IMG/VR virus record: IMGVR_UViG_3300017971_000307
Coordinates: 1-61,015 of that record
Reading direction: 5' to 3' (one strand)
Length of the DNA: 61,015 nucleotides
DNA from: a virus
Lineage: Duplodnaviria > Caudoviricetes
Position numbers and translations under genes: made by a program. The notes under the pieces were generated by a model. The model was not told where the DNA came from and made no database searches. It was given only the letters and a program-made list of their open reading frames with translations. Below are positions 40,251-49,043 of this stretch, piece by piece (position 1 is the first letter of the stretch; each line of letters opens with the position of its first letter).

Positions 40251-40871
40251 ATGATAACAGAAAAAATCAAAATGGCTACCGATAGTTATAAAGATAAAAT
40301 CATAAAGAAAGAGTTTAATGTATCTGATGATGACAATCACTGTTCGTTGCCAATAAAAATAAGTGGTGAATGGGAAGATACTTATTTTTACAAAGATGGA
40401 TCCAAGAAAACAAAAAAAGGTATAATTAAACCTAATCAGATTCAAAATACTTTCGCTGATTTATTGACTGCTTTGTGCAAAAGAGAAACAGGTTATGACG
40501 GTATTACTTATCTCGCAGTTGGTCGTGGTAATGTCACATGGGATTCATCAGCACCGAGTCAGCCATATTCTCAAACGACATTGGAAGATGAATTTTTTAG
40601 AAAAGCAATTCCTACAACAGATATTGTATGGGTCGATCCAGTAACAAATGTTCCAACTGGTGGAACACCGAGTTCTAAAATAGAAATAACAGCAACTTTG
40701 GCATATTCTGAAGCTAATGATACATTGAGAGAATTTGGTCTTTTCGGTGGAACAGCAACATCAACACTTGATTCAGGAGAAATGGTAAACTGGATCATAC
40801 ATAGTAGAATTGATAAAGACTCAAGTTTTGAGATTCAACGAAAAGTTAGAATCAAATTTGAGACTCGATAG
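40251..40871 (+). CDS. baseplate/tail-collar-like structural protein
   Basis: YLAVGRG, LEDEFFRK and EANDTLREFGLFGG motifs. Confidence 0.7.
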   Translation: MITEKIKMATDSYKDKIIKKEFNVSDDDNHCSLPIKISGEWEDTYFYKDGSKKTKKGIIKPNQIQNTFADLLTALCKRETGYDGITYLAVGRGNVTWDSSAPSQPYSQTTLEDEFFRKAIPTTDIVWVDPVTNVPTGGTPSSKIEITATLAYSEANDTLREFGLFGGTATSTLDSGEMVNWIIHSRIDKDSSFEIQRKVRIKFETR

Positions 40872-40882
40872 GAGGAATAGGA

Positions 40883-43855
40883 ATGCCAGGTAATGAACCC
40901 AATGTAAGTCGTGATAGTTTTGACACAACTAAATTTTATGACAAAGTCTCAATTCAAGATGGTGTTCCTGTTGTTGATTCTGATTGGAACGAAATGCTCG
41001 ATGTTCTTCGCATGTCAATATTACTCCATATTGATTCTTTAATGGGTGGAGGTTATCGAGTTGGAACAACATCTTTTCAACCCAAAAATGCAACATCAAC
41101 AACGAATAATTTTGCTATCGATGATGGTTGGGCATTAGTCGATGGTGTTATAATCCCATCAACAAATGATGATCCTCCACAAGAATTTGATTATGATAGC
41201 GAAGATAATTATTTAGTTGCTGGAACTGTTACCGCTATCAATGGCGGTGCTGGAACCATTGAAGATACAGAACAATTTTTTCAAAGCTTTCATGATTTAA
41301 TAGCAACGGGAAATCACGGTGCATGCCGTGTAAAAATGTTAACAGGAACAGAAGCAGGGAATTTTTTCTCAATAACTGCATTCACCTCAACAACCTTAAC
41401 TTTATCTGGTGGAATAGGGACAATAGGTGTTGGTGATACATTCAAAGTTGTTTTGCCTTCATTAACAACTCCAGTAGCACCAAGAATTGATTCTGTTTAT
41501 ATTATGGCTTGGTGGGAAGATATTGCTTCTGAAGAAGATTCTAATATTGTCAATCCAGGTTTAGGAGTTGAAGCATCTCACAGATCTCAAAGAAGATGGT
41601 GTGTTCGTGTTAATGAAAACACCTCGAGTGTTCCATCAACTTCAGTTATACAATCTTTTACGGCTAGATATCTTAAAATAGCTGAAATGCAAAGAACAGC
41701 TTCAGCAACAATAGATTTTAGTTCAACTGTAACTTTGACAGATTCAAATATTGGCGATTCTTTTTATAGTTTTTACAATAGCGCATTTGGTGGAACTGGT
41801 ACATCTATTGGTGTAAATACTGATTACACAAATGGACCATTAACAGATATTAATGGTGGTGGATTAGGTGATCTTGATCCTGGAACACTATCTGATGCTT
41901 TAGCTAAAATTAATACCACTCTTGTTAATAGGAGAGCATATACAGGTGTTGTAACAGATGGGACAAGTTCAACTGGTGGAGATTATAATGGTGCTAATGG
42001 AATTGATGATATTGATGGATTGACTGGTGGAAAATTTCTTATAAGAAGAGGGACTCACACCTTTAGTTCTGTAACAAGTTTGGGAACAACGAAAGAATTT
42101 CATCTTGATGGTGAAGGTGCAATACTTTCAAAAATTCATGCACCATCAGGATTGAGTTCTGATTTTATTATTACAGGATCCATAAACGATGTGTATCTTG
42201 AATCTGAAGACACGACATATTCTTTCGGGTCATCTGATGATGATGTAGGTTTATCTTTAAGAAATGTACAATTTGAATCTGGAGCATTGAGGATAAGTGG
42301 TGGTAAAATTGATTGGAGAGGTGGATATAATACAGGAAATACCGCTTCAAAAGATCATGCATCAACTTTGGAAATAAACGATGATATTAGTAATCCTTAT
42401 GGCATTATAGATAATGTATATTTTGGGAATCCAAATACAGGCGGTACTCCAATTGCAAGTGTTTATCTTAATGCGATATCTTCAGGTGTTTTAATTGATC
42501 GTTCTGGTAGAGGTCTTGTATTTAGAAATTGCAAATTTTTCTCATCTGAAACGGGTGTAGATGCTTTAAGAATTAATTCATGCGATATATCTATTAAATT
42601 TCAAAATTGTACATTTGAGTCAGATGTTGGTGCTGGTTGGTGTGTCCAATTAATAGATTCAGATAACGTAAGTTTTGAGGATTGTTCATTTAATCATGAA
42701 GATGGAAAGCTGTTAAGGATTGGATCAGGATCTGGTGGTAATAAATTTAAGAACTGTTCATTTACTGCAAAAGATGGAACTACCGTAGCAGATCATCAAT
42801 TTATTGTTGTTCATAGTGCTCTTTCTAGAGGGACATATTTTACAAATTGTTCATTGAAAATAGAGGATAGTATTGAGGACCAACCTACTGGTGAACCACT
42901 TGTTGAATTTGGTGGTGAAAATGGAACAAGAGTTTCTGGCAATCAAGCAATTGTTATAGATGGATTTCATATCGATCTTTTAGATGCTGGTAACATCCAA
43001 GCAGACACACTATTTTTGTTTTGGGGTTCAAGTGATGAGAATGAACCTTCTCGTTATAGTAACATAACTCTATTTATGAATGGAAAATCCAGATCAATTG
43101 CAGCTAGTAGTGGTAAAGCAAATTTAGGAACTTCTGATGCAGCATTAATGGAATTTATTGGTGATGCTGATGTAAAAGTACATGTTGAAAATGTAAAAAT
43201 AATTGATATTGGTGGTTCGTCATCTTCAATAGATCAAGGAAGTGTAATTAATATTGAAGATTGCATAATGAAAGGATTATTTATTGACGGAAATAGTATT
43301 AATAACGTTGGTATATATGATAGCGTTATAGCTATTTATGATAATTCAGAACTGTATGATGTTATAATTGGTGAAAGTGATTATATTCCTAGTGATTACT
43401 TAATTGACATTGGAAATGGTAATAATTCAAAAGTTATAGGTGGAAGAATTGAAAATGTTGATAATAATAATGTTAGTAGTCTACCATATATTGCTGTTAG
43501 TGGAGAAAATGAAATTAGTAATATAAGATGGACTGCTGAACCAAGGATAACGAGAAACATTATAACAACATCTGCTAGTCAGTATTTTATTAGAATAACT
43601 GGATGGTTTGTTAAACATACTGTAAGTGGTACAGTGCAATTTGTAAAATCACCTGCAACGAGCAAAACTATCTCTGTTGTCAATAATACAGTTTATTGTA
43701 ATTTAAGTGGTGCAACAGATGTTATTGACTTAGACGGCCAAAGTTCGCTTGTTGATGGAAATATTCTTGCATCATCTTCTGCAACAGCACCAACGATTGA
43801 TAATGTTGGTGTTGGATCAACAACAGGTGATAATGTTCTTGCAGCAAGTGTTTAA
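40883..43855 (+). CDS. large tail fibre/spike (DUF6519-like N-terminus, beta-helix C-terminus)
   Basis: SRDSFD..K.Y..V.IQDG...DSDWNE N-terminus and FxNCxF repeats. Confidence 0.75.
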   Translation: MPGNEPNVSRDSFDTTKFYDKVSIQDGVPVVDSDWNEMLDVLRMSILLHIDSLMGGGYRVGTTSFQPKNATSTTNNFAIDDGWALVDGVIIPSTNDDPPQEFDYDSEDNYLVAGTVTAINGGAGTIEDTEQFFQSFHDLIATGNHGACRVKMLTGTEAGNFFSITAFTSTTLTLSGGIGTIGVGDTFKVVLPSLTTPVAPRIDSVYIMAWWEDIASEEDSNIVNPGLGVEASHRSQRRWCVRVNENTSSVPSTSVIQSFTARYLKIAEMQRTASATIDFSSTVTLTDSNIGDSFYSFYNSAFGGTGTSIGVNTDYTNGPLTDINGGGLGDLDPGTLSDALAKINTTLVNRRAYTGVVTDGTSSTGGDYNGANGIDDIDGLTGGKFLIRRGTHTFSSVTSLGTTKEFHLDGEGAILSKIHAPSGLSSDFIITGSINDVYLESEDTTYSFGSSDDDVGLSLRNVQFESGALRISGGKIDWRGGYNTGNTASKDHASTLEINDDISNPYGIIDNVYFGNPNTGGTPIASVYLNAISSGVLIDRSGRGLVFRNCKFFSSETGVDALRINSCDISIKFQNCTFESDVGAGWCVQLIDSDNVSFEDCSFNHEDGKLLRIGSGSGGNKFKNCSFTAKDGTTVADHQFIVVHSALSRGTYFTNCSLKIEDSIEDQPTGEPLVEFGGENGTRVSGNQAIVIDGFHIDLLDAGNIQADTLFLFWGSSDENEPSRYSNITLFMNGKSRSIAASSGKANLGTSDAALMEFIGDADVKVHVENVKIIDIGGSSSSIDQGSVINIEDCIMKGLFIDGNSINNVGIYDSVIAIYDNSELYDVIIGESDYIPSDYLIDIGNGNNSKVIGGRIENVDNNNVSSLPYIAVSGENEISNIRWTAEPRITRNIITTSASQYFIRITGWFVKHTVSGTVQFVKSPATSKTISVVNNTVYCNLSGATDVIDLDGQSSLVDGNILASSSATAPTIDNVGVGSTTGDNVLAASV

Positions 43856-43932
43856 GAAATCCTAAAATATAAATGATAGATTCTGTATCTATACGTTGTA
43901 CCGGGGACGAAACTCGGTGAAGGGAGGCGAAG

Positions 43933-44463
43933 TTGGGTCAAGATTTACGTAAGCTCGACTTAATCGCTTTGACAGCAAGTCAAACAGCAACAGAAAAACT
44001 TTTTGCTTTCTTGGTTGGATTGAGAGAAGATGCAGCTTTAGGTGTTGCAGGAGGTGACACAACAATTTTTCATAAAGCGCAAGACGTTTTAGAAACAAAT
44101 GCTAATGCAACAGATTTACCCACGGTTATTACATTAGCAAACGCGTTGAAAGTTAAAATAAATAATCATTTTGCTTCAACTGGAACAACAGGTGTTCATG
44201 CTACTGCATCGGCCGAAACAATTGCAGCTGCTGATGCAACGGATCAAGGAACCGCAAACACATTGTGTAATGAGCTAAAAGCTGATTATAATACTCACCT
44301 TAGTGAGGCAAGTGTTCATCTTAACAATGATGGAACAAACACAGTTACTTCAGCTGATGCTACAGATCTTGCGAGTTCTATAACATTGGTGAATGAGATT
44401 AAAGCAGATTACAATCTTCACGTTGTTTCTGTGATCAACACGCCTCCTATTGAGGCACCATAA
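43933..44463 (+). CDS. virion structural protein with three LxNxxKxxxNxH repeats
   Basis: TTG start after GGGAGG SD; internal repeats; Ala/Thr-rich. Confidence 0.65.
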   Translation: MGQDLRKLDLIALTASQTATEKLFAFLVGLREDAALGVAGGDTTIFHKAQDVLETNANATDLPTVITLANALKVKINNHFASTGTTGVHATASAETIAAADATDQGTANTLCNELKADYNTHLSEASVHLNNDGTNTVTSADATDLASSITLVNEIKADYNLHVVSVINTPPIEAP

Positions 44464-44495
44464 ACCGGTAAAAACCGAGTGAGAGGTATTAAGTA

Positions 44496-44870
44496 ATGGC
44501 TATATTAAAAATCGGTTGGGATCTTTTCGCTGGTTCAACGCAAGCAGGAACTGATTCTGGAATTCCTGCGGTTTTAACATGTGAAACTGCACAAAAAGGG
44601 AAACATTACGTTCAAGTGCAACGTCTTTCGGATAATCAATATTGGGATTGGGTTGCTGCAGGTTGGCAAGCTGGTGCTCCTACTGATGCCGAAAATGGTG
44701 TCTTTTTTGGAAGTGTTTCACAACGAAATATCCACCCTTCTATTCGCAGACTTTCAATGAGATTGCCGAAAGAATTACTTGATGGTGTTACTGCCGCAGG
44801 TCTTAAAATTTGGGTTTATCCTGATGGTGGAAGCGCCACAACATATATTCAAATGAATTATCTTCCATAA
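44496..44870 (+). CDS. hypothetical virion protein
   Basis: GAGG SD; within the structural operon. Confidence 0.7.
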   Translation: MAILKIGWDLFAGSTQAGTDSGIPAVLTCETAQKGKHYVQVQRLSDNQYWDWVAAGWQAGAPTDAENGVFFGSVSQRNIHPSIRRLSMRLPKELLDGVTAAGLKIWVYPDGGSATTYIQMNYLP

Positions 44871-44955
44871 GCTTTTCTATCTTCGTTATTTTTTCTACAT
44901 TAATATATCGAAACAAAATAAGATAAGTCTGTTATAATTTTGTTTGGAGGTATTT

Positions 44956-45375
44956 ATGAACGAAGTTGTTTCTATTGTTTTCAGTTATCAATTTATAATG
45001 ATAGGTCTTACCGTTGCATTTATGATTTTTCTTTTCTTTAGAATTGGTTCAATGCTTTGGTCTATTAATAATACAGCAATACGTGGTTTTTTAAGATTTA
45101 CATATGCGATATCACCATGGGTACCACCAATGATAGGTGCAATTGTTGGTGCTGTTCCTTACTGGCCAGCACCTGAAGCATTATCTTTTTTACCAGAGGA
45201 TCGACAATACTATGCGATGATCATACTCGGATTGTTTGCTGGTATTTTTTACGAACGTATTTGGAAGGGATTTAGACAAGTTATAAAAGCTCGAGGTGTC
45301 GATCTTAATATTGACTTGATTCCCAAAAAACAAATTGAGGGGGATACAAATGAACCGGGAGATTCGTCCACTTGA
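44956..45375 (+). CDS. holin-like membrane protein
   Basis: Three hydrophobic segments, charged C-terminus, GGAGG SD. Confidence 0.5.
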   Translation: MNEVVSIVFSYQFIMIGLTVAFMIFLFFRIGSMLWSINNTAIRGFLRFTYAISPWVPPMIGAIVGAVPYWPAPEALSFLPEDRQYYAMIILGLFAGIFYERIWKGFRQVIKARGVDLNIDLIPKKQIEGDTNEPGDSST

Positions 45376-45832
45376 CATAACTTTTTCGACAGCATCTTCA
45401 AAGGCAGCAAAACAGCTATACGATCGGTTATGTCTAATCACGCACATAGGGGGAATTTGTACAAAGCTCATAAACAATACAGGTGTTCCGTCTGTTAGAG
45501 GGACATTAGTAAAAGCATGTTTAGCGAAAGATAGATGTTTTATATTAACTCCTCCGATATCGGATGAAGTTTTAGGTGTAGTTTATGATGATGGTGTTCA
45601 GCCAGGTGATGAGTGTAGAATAGTAATTGCAGGTGTAGCAGAACTTTTATTAAAAGATGGAACTGGCTCAATTAGAGGAAATAGAGCTGAAGTTTCTGAT
45701 ATTCCAGGTAGGGCTTTAGCAATAGGATTACACCCAAATCCTAATAATTCGTTAATAGAAGTGGGCCATATTTTAGAAAACAAAGCACCAGGTATTAATG
45801 TTTTGGCGCTTTGCTTCATGCAGTATTGTTAA
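45350..45832 (+). CDS. DUF2190/cement-like virion protein, paralogue of 48165-48695
   Basis: GVVYDDG...CRIV.AG.A..LLKD.TGS.RGN..EVSD..GRA shared with the paralogue. Confidence 0.7.
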   Translation: MNREIRPLDITFSTASSKAAKQLYDRLCLITHIGGICTKLINNTGVPSVRGTLVKACLAKDRCFILTPPISDEVLGVVYDDGVQPGDECRIVIAGVAELLLKDGTGSIRGNRAEVSDIPGRALAIGLHPNPNNSLIEVGHILENKAPGINVLALCFMQYC

Positions 45833-45837
45833 AACAT

Positions 45838-45870
45838 AATGGTATGATTTTATCATTAAATCATACCATT
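45838..45870. terminator. bidirectional hairpin ending the structural operon
   Basis: 13-bp perfect inverted repeat AATGGTATGATTT/AAATCATACCATT. Confidence 0.65.
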
Positions 45871-45952
45871 GTTGTGGAACGGGGTTGTTAGTATAAGATA
45901 CTGTATCATGTTCAATGAATATGTCAATATTTATTTTTATTTTATTTTTTTG

Positions 45953-45981
45953 TTGACAAACTGTTTTTTATTTGACATGAT
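45953..45981 (+). promoter_or_regulatory. promoter TTGACA-17-CATGAT; divergent partner TTGACA-16-TACAGT at 45927-45900
   Basis: Consensus boxes with extended TG in an AT-rich intergenic region. Confidence 0.55.
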
Positions 45982-46052
45982 GATATTAGTTTTTCTTATT
46001 AATATTTTTCTCATTTTTAGTTTTATGGTTTGAGTAGTAATATTCATGTTTT

Positions 46053-46084
46053 AGGGCTAAGTAGAAATGCTTAGCCCTTTTTTT
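46053..46084 (+). terminator. intrinsic terminator/attenuator upstream of the HD-like gene
   Basis: AGGGCTAAG/CTTAGCCCT stem plus T7. Confidence 0.75.
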
Positions 46085-46105
46085 AGGTTAAACGAAAGGA
46101 TTTGT

Positions 46106-46615
46106 ATGATACACGTAAAACATGTTATTAAGTATATCAATTACATTTTAAAACATAAATGGTATGTTTTTTTGGAATGTTGTAAACTTGGCATTCTATG
46201 GCAGGGGATTACTCACGATCTTTCTAAATTTTCAAGAAAAGAATTTATTCCTTACATGAAAAAATATACCATAGGTTTAAAAGACGAAAAGACAGATTCC
46301 GATTTTTGTGAGGCTTGGCATCATCATATTGCTAAAAATCCACATCATTGGGAGCATTGGACTTACCTAGAAGTAAGTGAAACACCCAATGGTGAACAGG
46401 ATAAAGAAAATATTGCAATAAAAATGCCAAAGAGGTATGTAAAAGAAATGCTTGCTGATTGGAGGGCAATGTCAAAAACTTTTGGACAAAAAACAATAAT
46501 AGAATGGTATGAAAAAAATATTACAAAAATGGTTTTACATAATGAAACGCTTCAAGAGTTATATAAGTTATTTACGATAGAAGAAGTTTCTGAAATAATG
46601 AAAAACAAGTGTTGA
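46106..46615 (+). CDS. DUF5662-family HD-like protein
   Basis: HKWYV, HDLSKF, AWHHH...NPHHWEHW and EMLADW motifs. Confidence 0.8.
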   Translation: MIHVKHVIKYINYILKHKWYVFLECCKLGILWQGITHDLSKFSRKEFIPYMKKYTIGLKDEKTDSDFCEAWHHHIAKNPHHWEHWTYLEVSETPNGEQDKENIAIKMPKRYVKEMLADWRAMSKTFGQKTIIEWYEKNITKMVLHNETLQELYKLFTIEEVSEIMKNKC

Positions 46616-46640
46616 TATAACATAAAGAGTATGTCATATT
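46612..46640 (+). promoter_or_regulatory. copy of the early promoter at 419
   Basis: TGTTGAYATAAC-N9-ATGTCATATT-NN-ATATATAACAA shared with 417-460. Confidence 0.65.
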
Positions 46641-46739
46641 ATATATATAACAAGCAAGGAAATATCATGAAACAAGTTATTATTAAATTAAAATAAAATT
46701 TTATATAGTAGTTTTTCATGTAAGACCACCAAAAATAAT

Positions 46740-46980
46740 TTGACAAAAAGCTTAAATATTGATACACATAATTAATGTAGTATTTCATAGCATTCTCCAA
46801 CAAAAGCCTGGTTTAGATAAAATCAGGCTTTTGCATTTTAAAGGTTGACATTTTTGTCATAAACTGATAAAAATTTAGTATGTGTTAAATTGAGTTTGGC
46901 TTCAGAAAGCCGTTGGCACGGAATCCAACGGCTTTCGCTTTTTAAAGATTGACATTATTTCATTTTTAGGTTTATTATAT
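46740..46980 (+). repeat. approx. 105-bp periodic promoter-hairpin units
   Basis: TTGACA at 46740, 46845 and 46949; hairpins at 46801-46833 and 46905-46936. Confidence 0.6.
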
Positions 46981-46984
46981 TTTT

Positions 46985-47415
46985 TGACGCACACCGTGGT
47001 GTGTCGGTTTTCCTTTAGGAGGAAAGAGTTTTGAAGCTAAACTTAAAAACAACGACACGGAATTTTTTTTCGATAGATTATGGTAGATCTATCAATATGC
47101 TTCGCCCTACCATTCTGGTATTATCAATCACTAAATTCTCGAATAAAAGAAAAACTTTTATACAGGCCTGCGCCGAATATTTTTCGGTGTGTCCTCTGAT
47201 AAAGGACGGGACACCGTTTGTTGGACCCCATCAAAATCCAACCATCCCCCCCCAACGGTGTGAGATTTATATTGATGATGACAGAAATAGATGCCCACAG
47301 TTTAAGATTCCTACCCAAATGGTCAGGGAATTTTAAAGCAAAGCATCGTTCCTTCTTTCCTAGCCTGGATGGCCTTGCAGATAGACCAGACCAGGGTTAA
47401 GGGGGGGGTCTATGT
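46985..47415 (+). ncRNA. candidate structured non-coding RNA (or structured leader/origin)
   Basis: Locally GC-rich; at least six hairpins; complementary C8/G8 tracts; downstream of the promoter at 46949. Confidence 0.35.
47031..47336 (+). CDS. doubtful hypothetical protein
   Basis: TTG start with AGGAGG SD, but SD lies in a hairpin and the ORF overlaps the structured region. Confidence 0.3.
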   Translation: MKLNLKTTTRNFFSIDYGRSINMLRPTILVLSITKFSNKRKTFIQACAEYFSVCPLIKDGTPFVGPHQNPTIPPQRCEIYIDDDRNRCPQFKIPTQMVREF

Positions 47416-47448
47416 AGAGATGGAAAAATCTGCAAAAAAAGGAGAGAA

Positions 47449-47913
47449 ATGAGTAAAAAAAACAAGATAACTTTTGAGCCAAATTATGAGAAACTAAAAG
47501 TAGCGAAAAGTGCTCTTAGAAAAAAAAGAGTTAATCGATGTGATGCTTTAAGAAAAATGACAGAACCACGTTATGATAAAATATATAAGGATGGAGTTAA
47601 GTGGCTCAATGATTTAGGTGGTGAAGTGAATTTGGATAAAGATAAAATAACAAGAGACCTTGAAAAAGCAAAATGTGAATCAGAGAAAAAGGTTAATGCA
47701 ATTGAACAAGAAAGATATGATAAAATGATGCATGATGTTTTTCATCGTATCGATTTGGCGGTAAAAAAATTAATGGATGATATTTCTGGACTCATATATG
47801 GAGGTGATGATCGTGAAGGTGTTCTTAATTTTGAAGGTTACAAAGATGGTTATGAAGAAGCGATTGAAGATGTCTTAGATATTTTGGAGGAGATAAAAAT
47901 TGACAACAGTTAA
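47449..47913 (+). CDS. hypothetical coiled-coil protein
   Basis: AGGAGA SD; charged ORF. Confidence 0.7.
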   Translation: MSKKNKITFEPNYEKLKVAKSALRKKRVNRCDALRKMTEPRYDKIYKDGVKWLNDLGGEVNLDKDKITRDLEKAKCESEKKVNAIEQERYDKMMHDVFHRIDLAVKKLMDDISGLIYGGDDREGVLNFEGYKDGYEEAIEDVLDILEEIKIDNS

Positions 47914-48100
47914 AAATATGTTTGAGTTAATTAAATCATTAATTTGCAGGACAGTACCCAGCGAGAAGGAACAAACACGTTGTCGTGAAGCTAGTCATAG
48001 ACGGATTGTGGCAATGTTATCTCATGGAAATTTTGATTCATATTATACTAAAAGTGATATTGATTGTCTTAGGAGTAAAATTGACATGATGGAATTTTAA
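47900..48100 (+). CDS. small hypothetical protein
   Basis: GGAG SD; overlaps the upstream stop. Confidence 0.5.
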   Translation: MTTVKNMFELIKSLICRTVPSEKEQTRCREASHRRIVAMLSHGNFDSYYTKSDIDCLRSKIDMMEF

Positions 48101-48164
48101 ATAAATTATTGTTATTAGATTTCTTTTTTTATTGATTGTATATTTTATAAGTGGAGGTTATCTG

Positions 48165-48695
48165 ATGACCATTAGAGAATTAGATGTAATGGAAGCAGCT
48201 GCTTCAGGTGTTGCAGCAAAAAGAGTAAAAGATGAACTTGATGGTTATGATAGCCGGATCACTGTTCTTGAAGGTAATCAAACAGATATCCAATCTCAAT
48301 TAACTCCAGAAGGTGGGATTGCTATTTATCTTACAAATAAAACTGGTTCTGCTTCCATTAAGGGAACAGTTATTGAAGCATCAGCAGGAACAGATAATTC
48401 ATTTGGTGTTGCACCAAGTAATGCTGTCGATCCTATTGGCGTTGTTTATGATGATGGAATTGCTGATGGAGAGCTTTGCAGGATTGTCGTCGCTGGTAGG
48501 GCACAGGTTTTGTTGAAGGATACAACGGGATCAACTCGAGGAAATTGGGTTGAGGTATCTGATGTAGCCGGAAGAGCAAATGCAACCTTGGCTAGTCCAA
48601 ATCAAGTAACACATTTTGCGGAAGTGGGACATTCTCTAGAAACCAAGACTGGTGGAACTAATGTTTTATTATTTTGTATGATACATTTTAATTAA
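48165..48695 (+). CDS. DUF2190/cement-like virion protein, paralogue of 45350-45832
   Basis: GGAGG SD; near full-length similarity to the paralogue plus an extra coiled coil. Confidence 0.75.
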   Translation: MTIRELDVMEAAASGVAAKRVKDELDGYDSRITVLEGNQTDIQSQLTPEGGIAIYLTNKTGSASIKGTVIEASAGTDNSFGVAPSNAVDPIGVVYDDGIADGELCRIVVAGRAQVLLKDTTGSTRGNWVEVSDVAGRANATLASPNQVTHFAEVGHSLETKTGGTNVLLFCMIHFN

Positions 48696-48704
48696 GGTGA
48701 GAAT

Positions 48705-49043
48705 ATGTTAAAAGTTTTATGTTGGATAAAGAATAATATTTGGAAAGCACTGAGTGCTTTTTTTGGTGGAATAGCTGTTATTTTTGGTTTAGGATTTTTA
48801 ATTAGAGGTAAGGTTATCAATTCTGTTCGCAATGAAAGTGCTATTTTAGAGCTGAAAAAAAATATCTCATCATGGAAAATTCGCAGTGATGAATTGAGGA
48901 AAAATGTTGAGATAGACGATTTGAGGTTAATTGAAATAGAGAAAGAAAAGGAACATCTCAAAAATGAGATTGAACGTGCGAGGGATGTTTTTGGTTTTAC
49001 AAATGAAGAGATAGTGGAGGCATTTCGTGAATTGGGTTATTAG
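48705..49043 (+). CDS. i-spanin (Rz)-like protein
   Basis: N-terminal TM followed by a coiled coil. Confidence 0.5.
   Translation: MLKVLCWIKNNIWKALSAFFGGIAVIFGLGFLIRGKVINSVRNESAILELKKNISSWKIRSDELRKNVEIDDLRLIEIEKEKEHLKNEIERARDVFGFTNEEIVEAFRELGY

Noticed and set aside
43898-43918. GGACGAAAC hairpin reminiscent of a hammerhead ribozyme
   Set aside because: No upstream CUGANGA core; more likely a simple leader hairpin
47019-47028. GAGGAAAG similar to the RNase P RNA conserved region
   Set aside because: Not followed by UCC and no matching 3' conserved region found
45350-48695. Paralogue pair as DGR template/variable repeats
   Set aside because: Differences are not adenine-specific, both copies are intact ORFs and no reverse transcriptase is present
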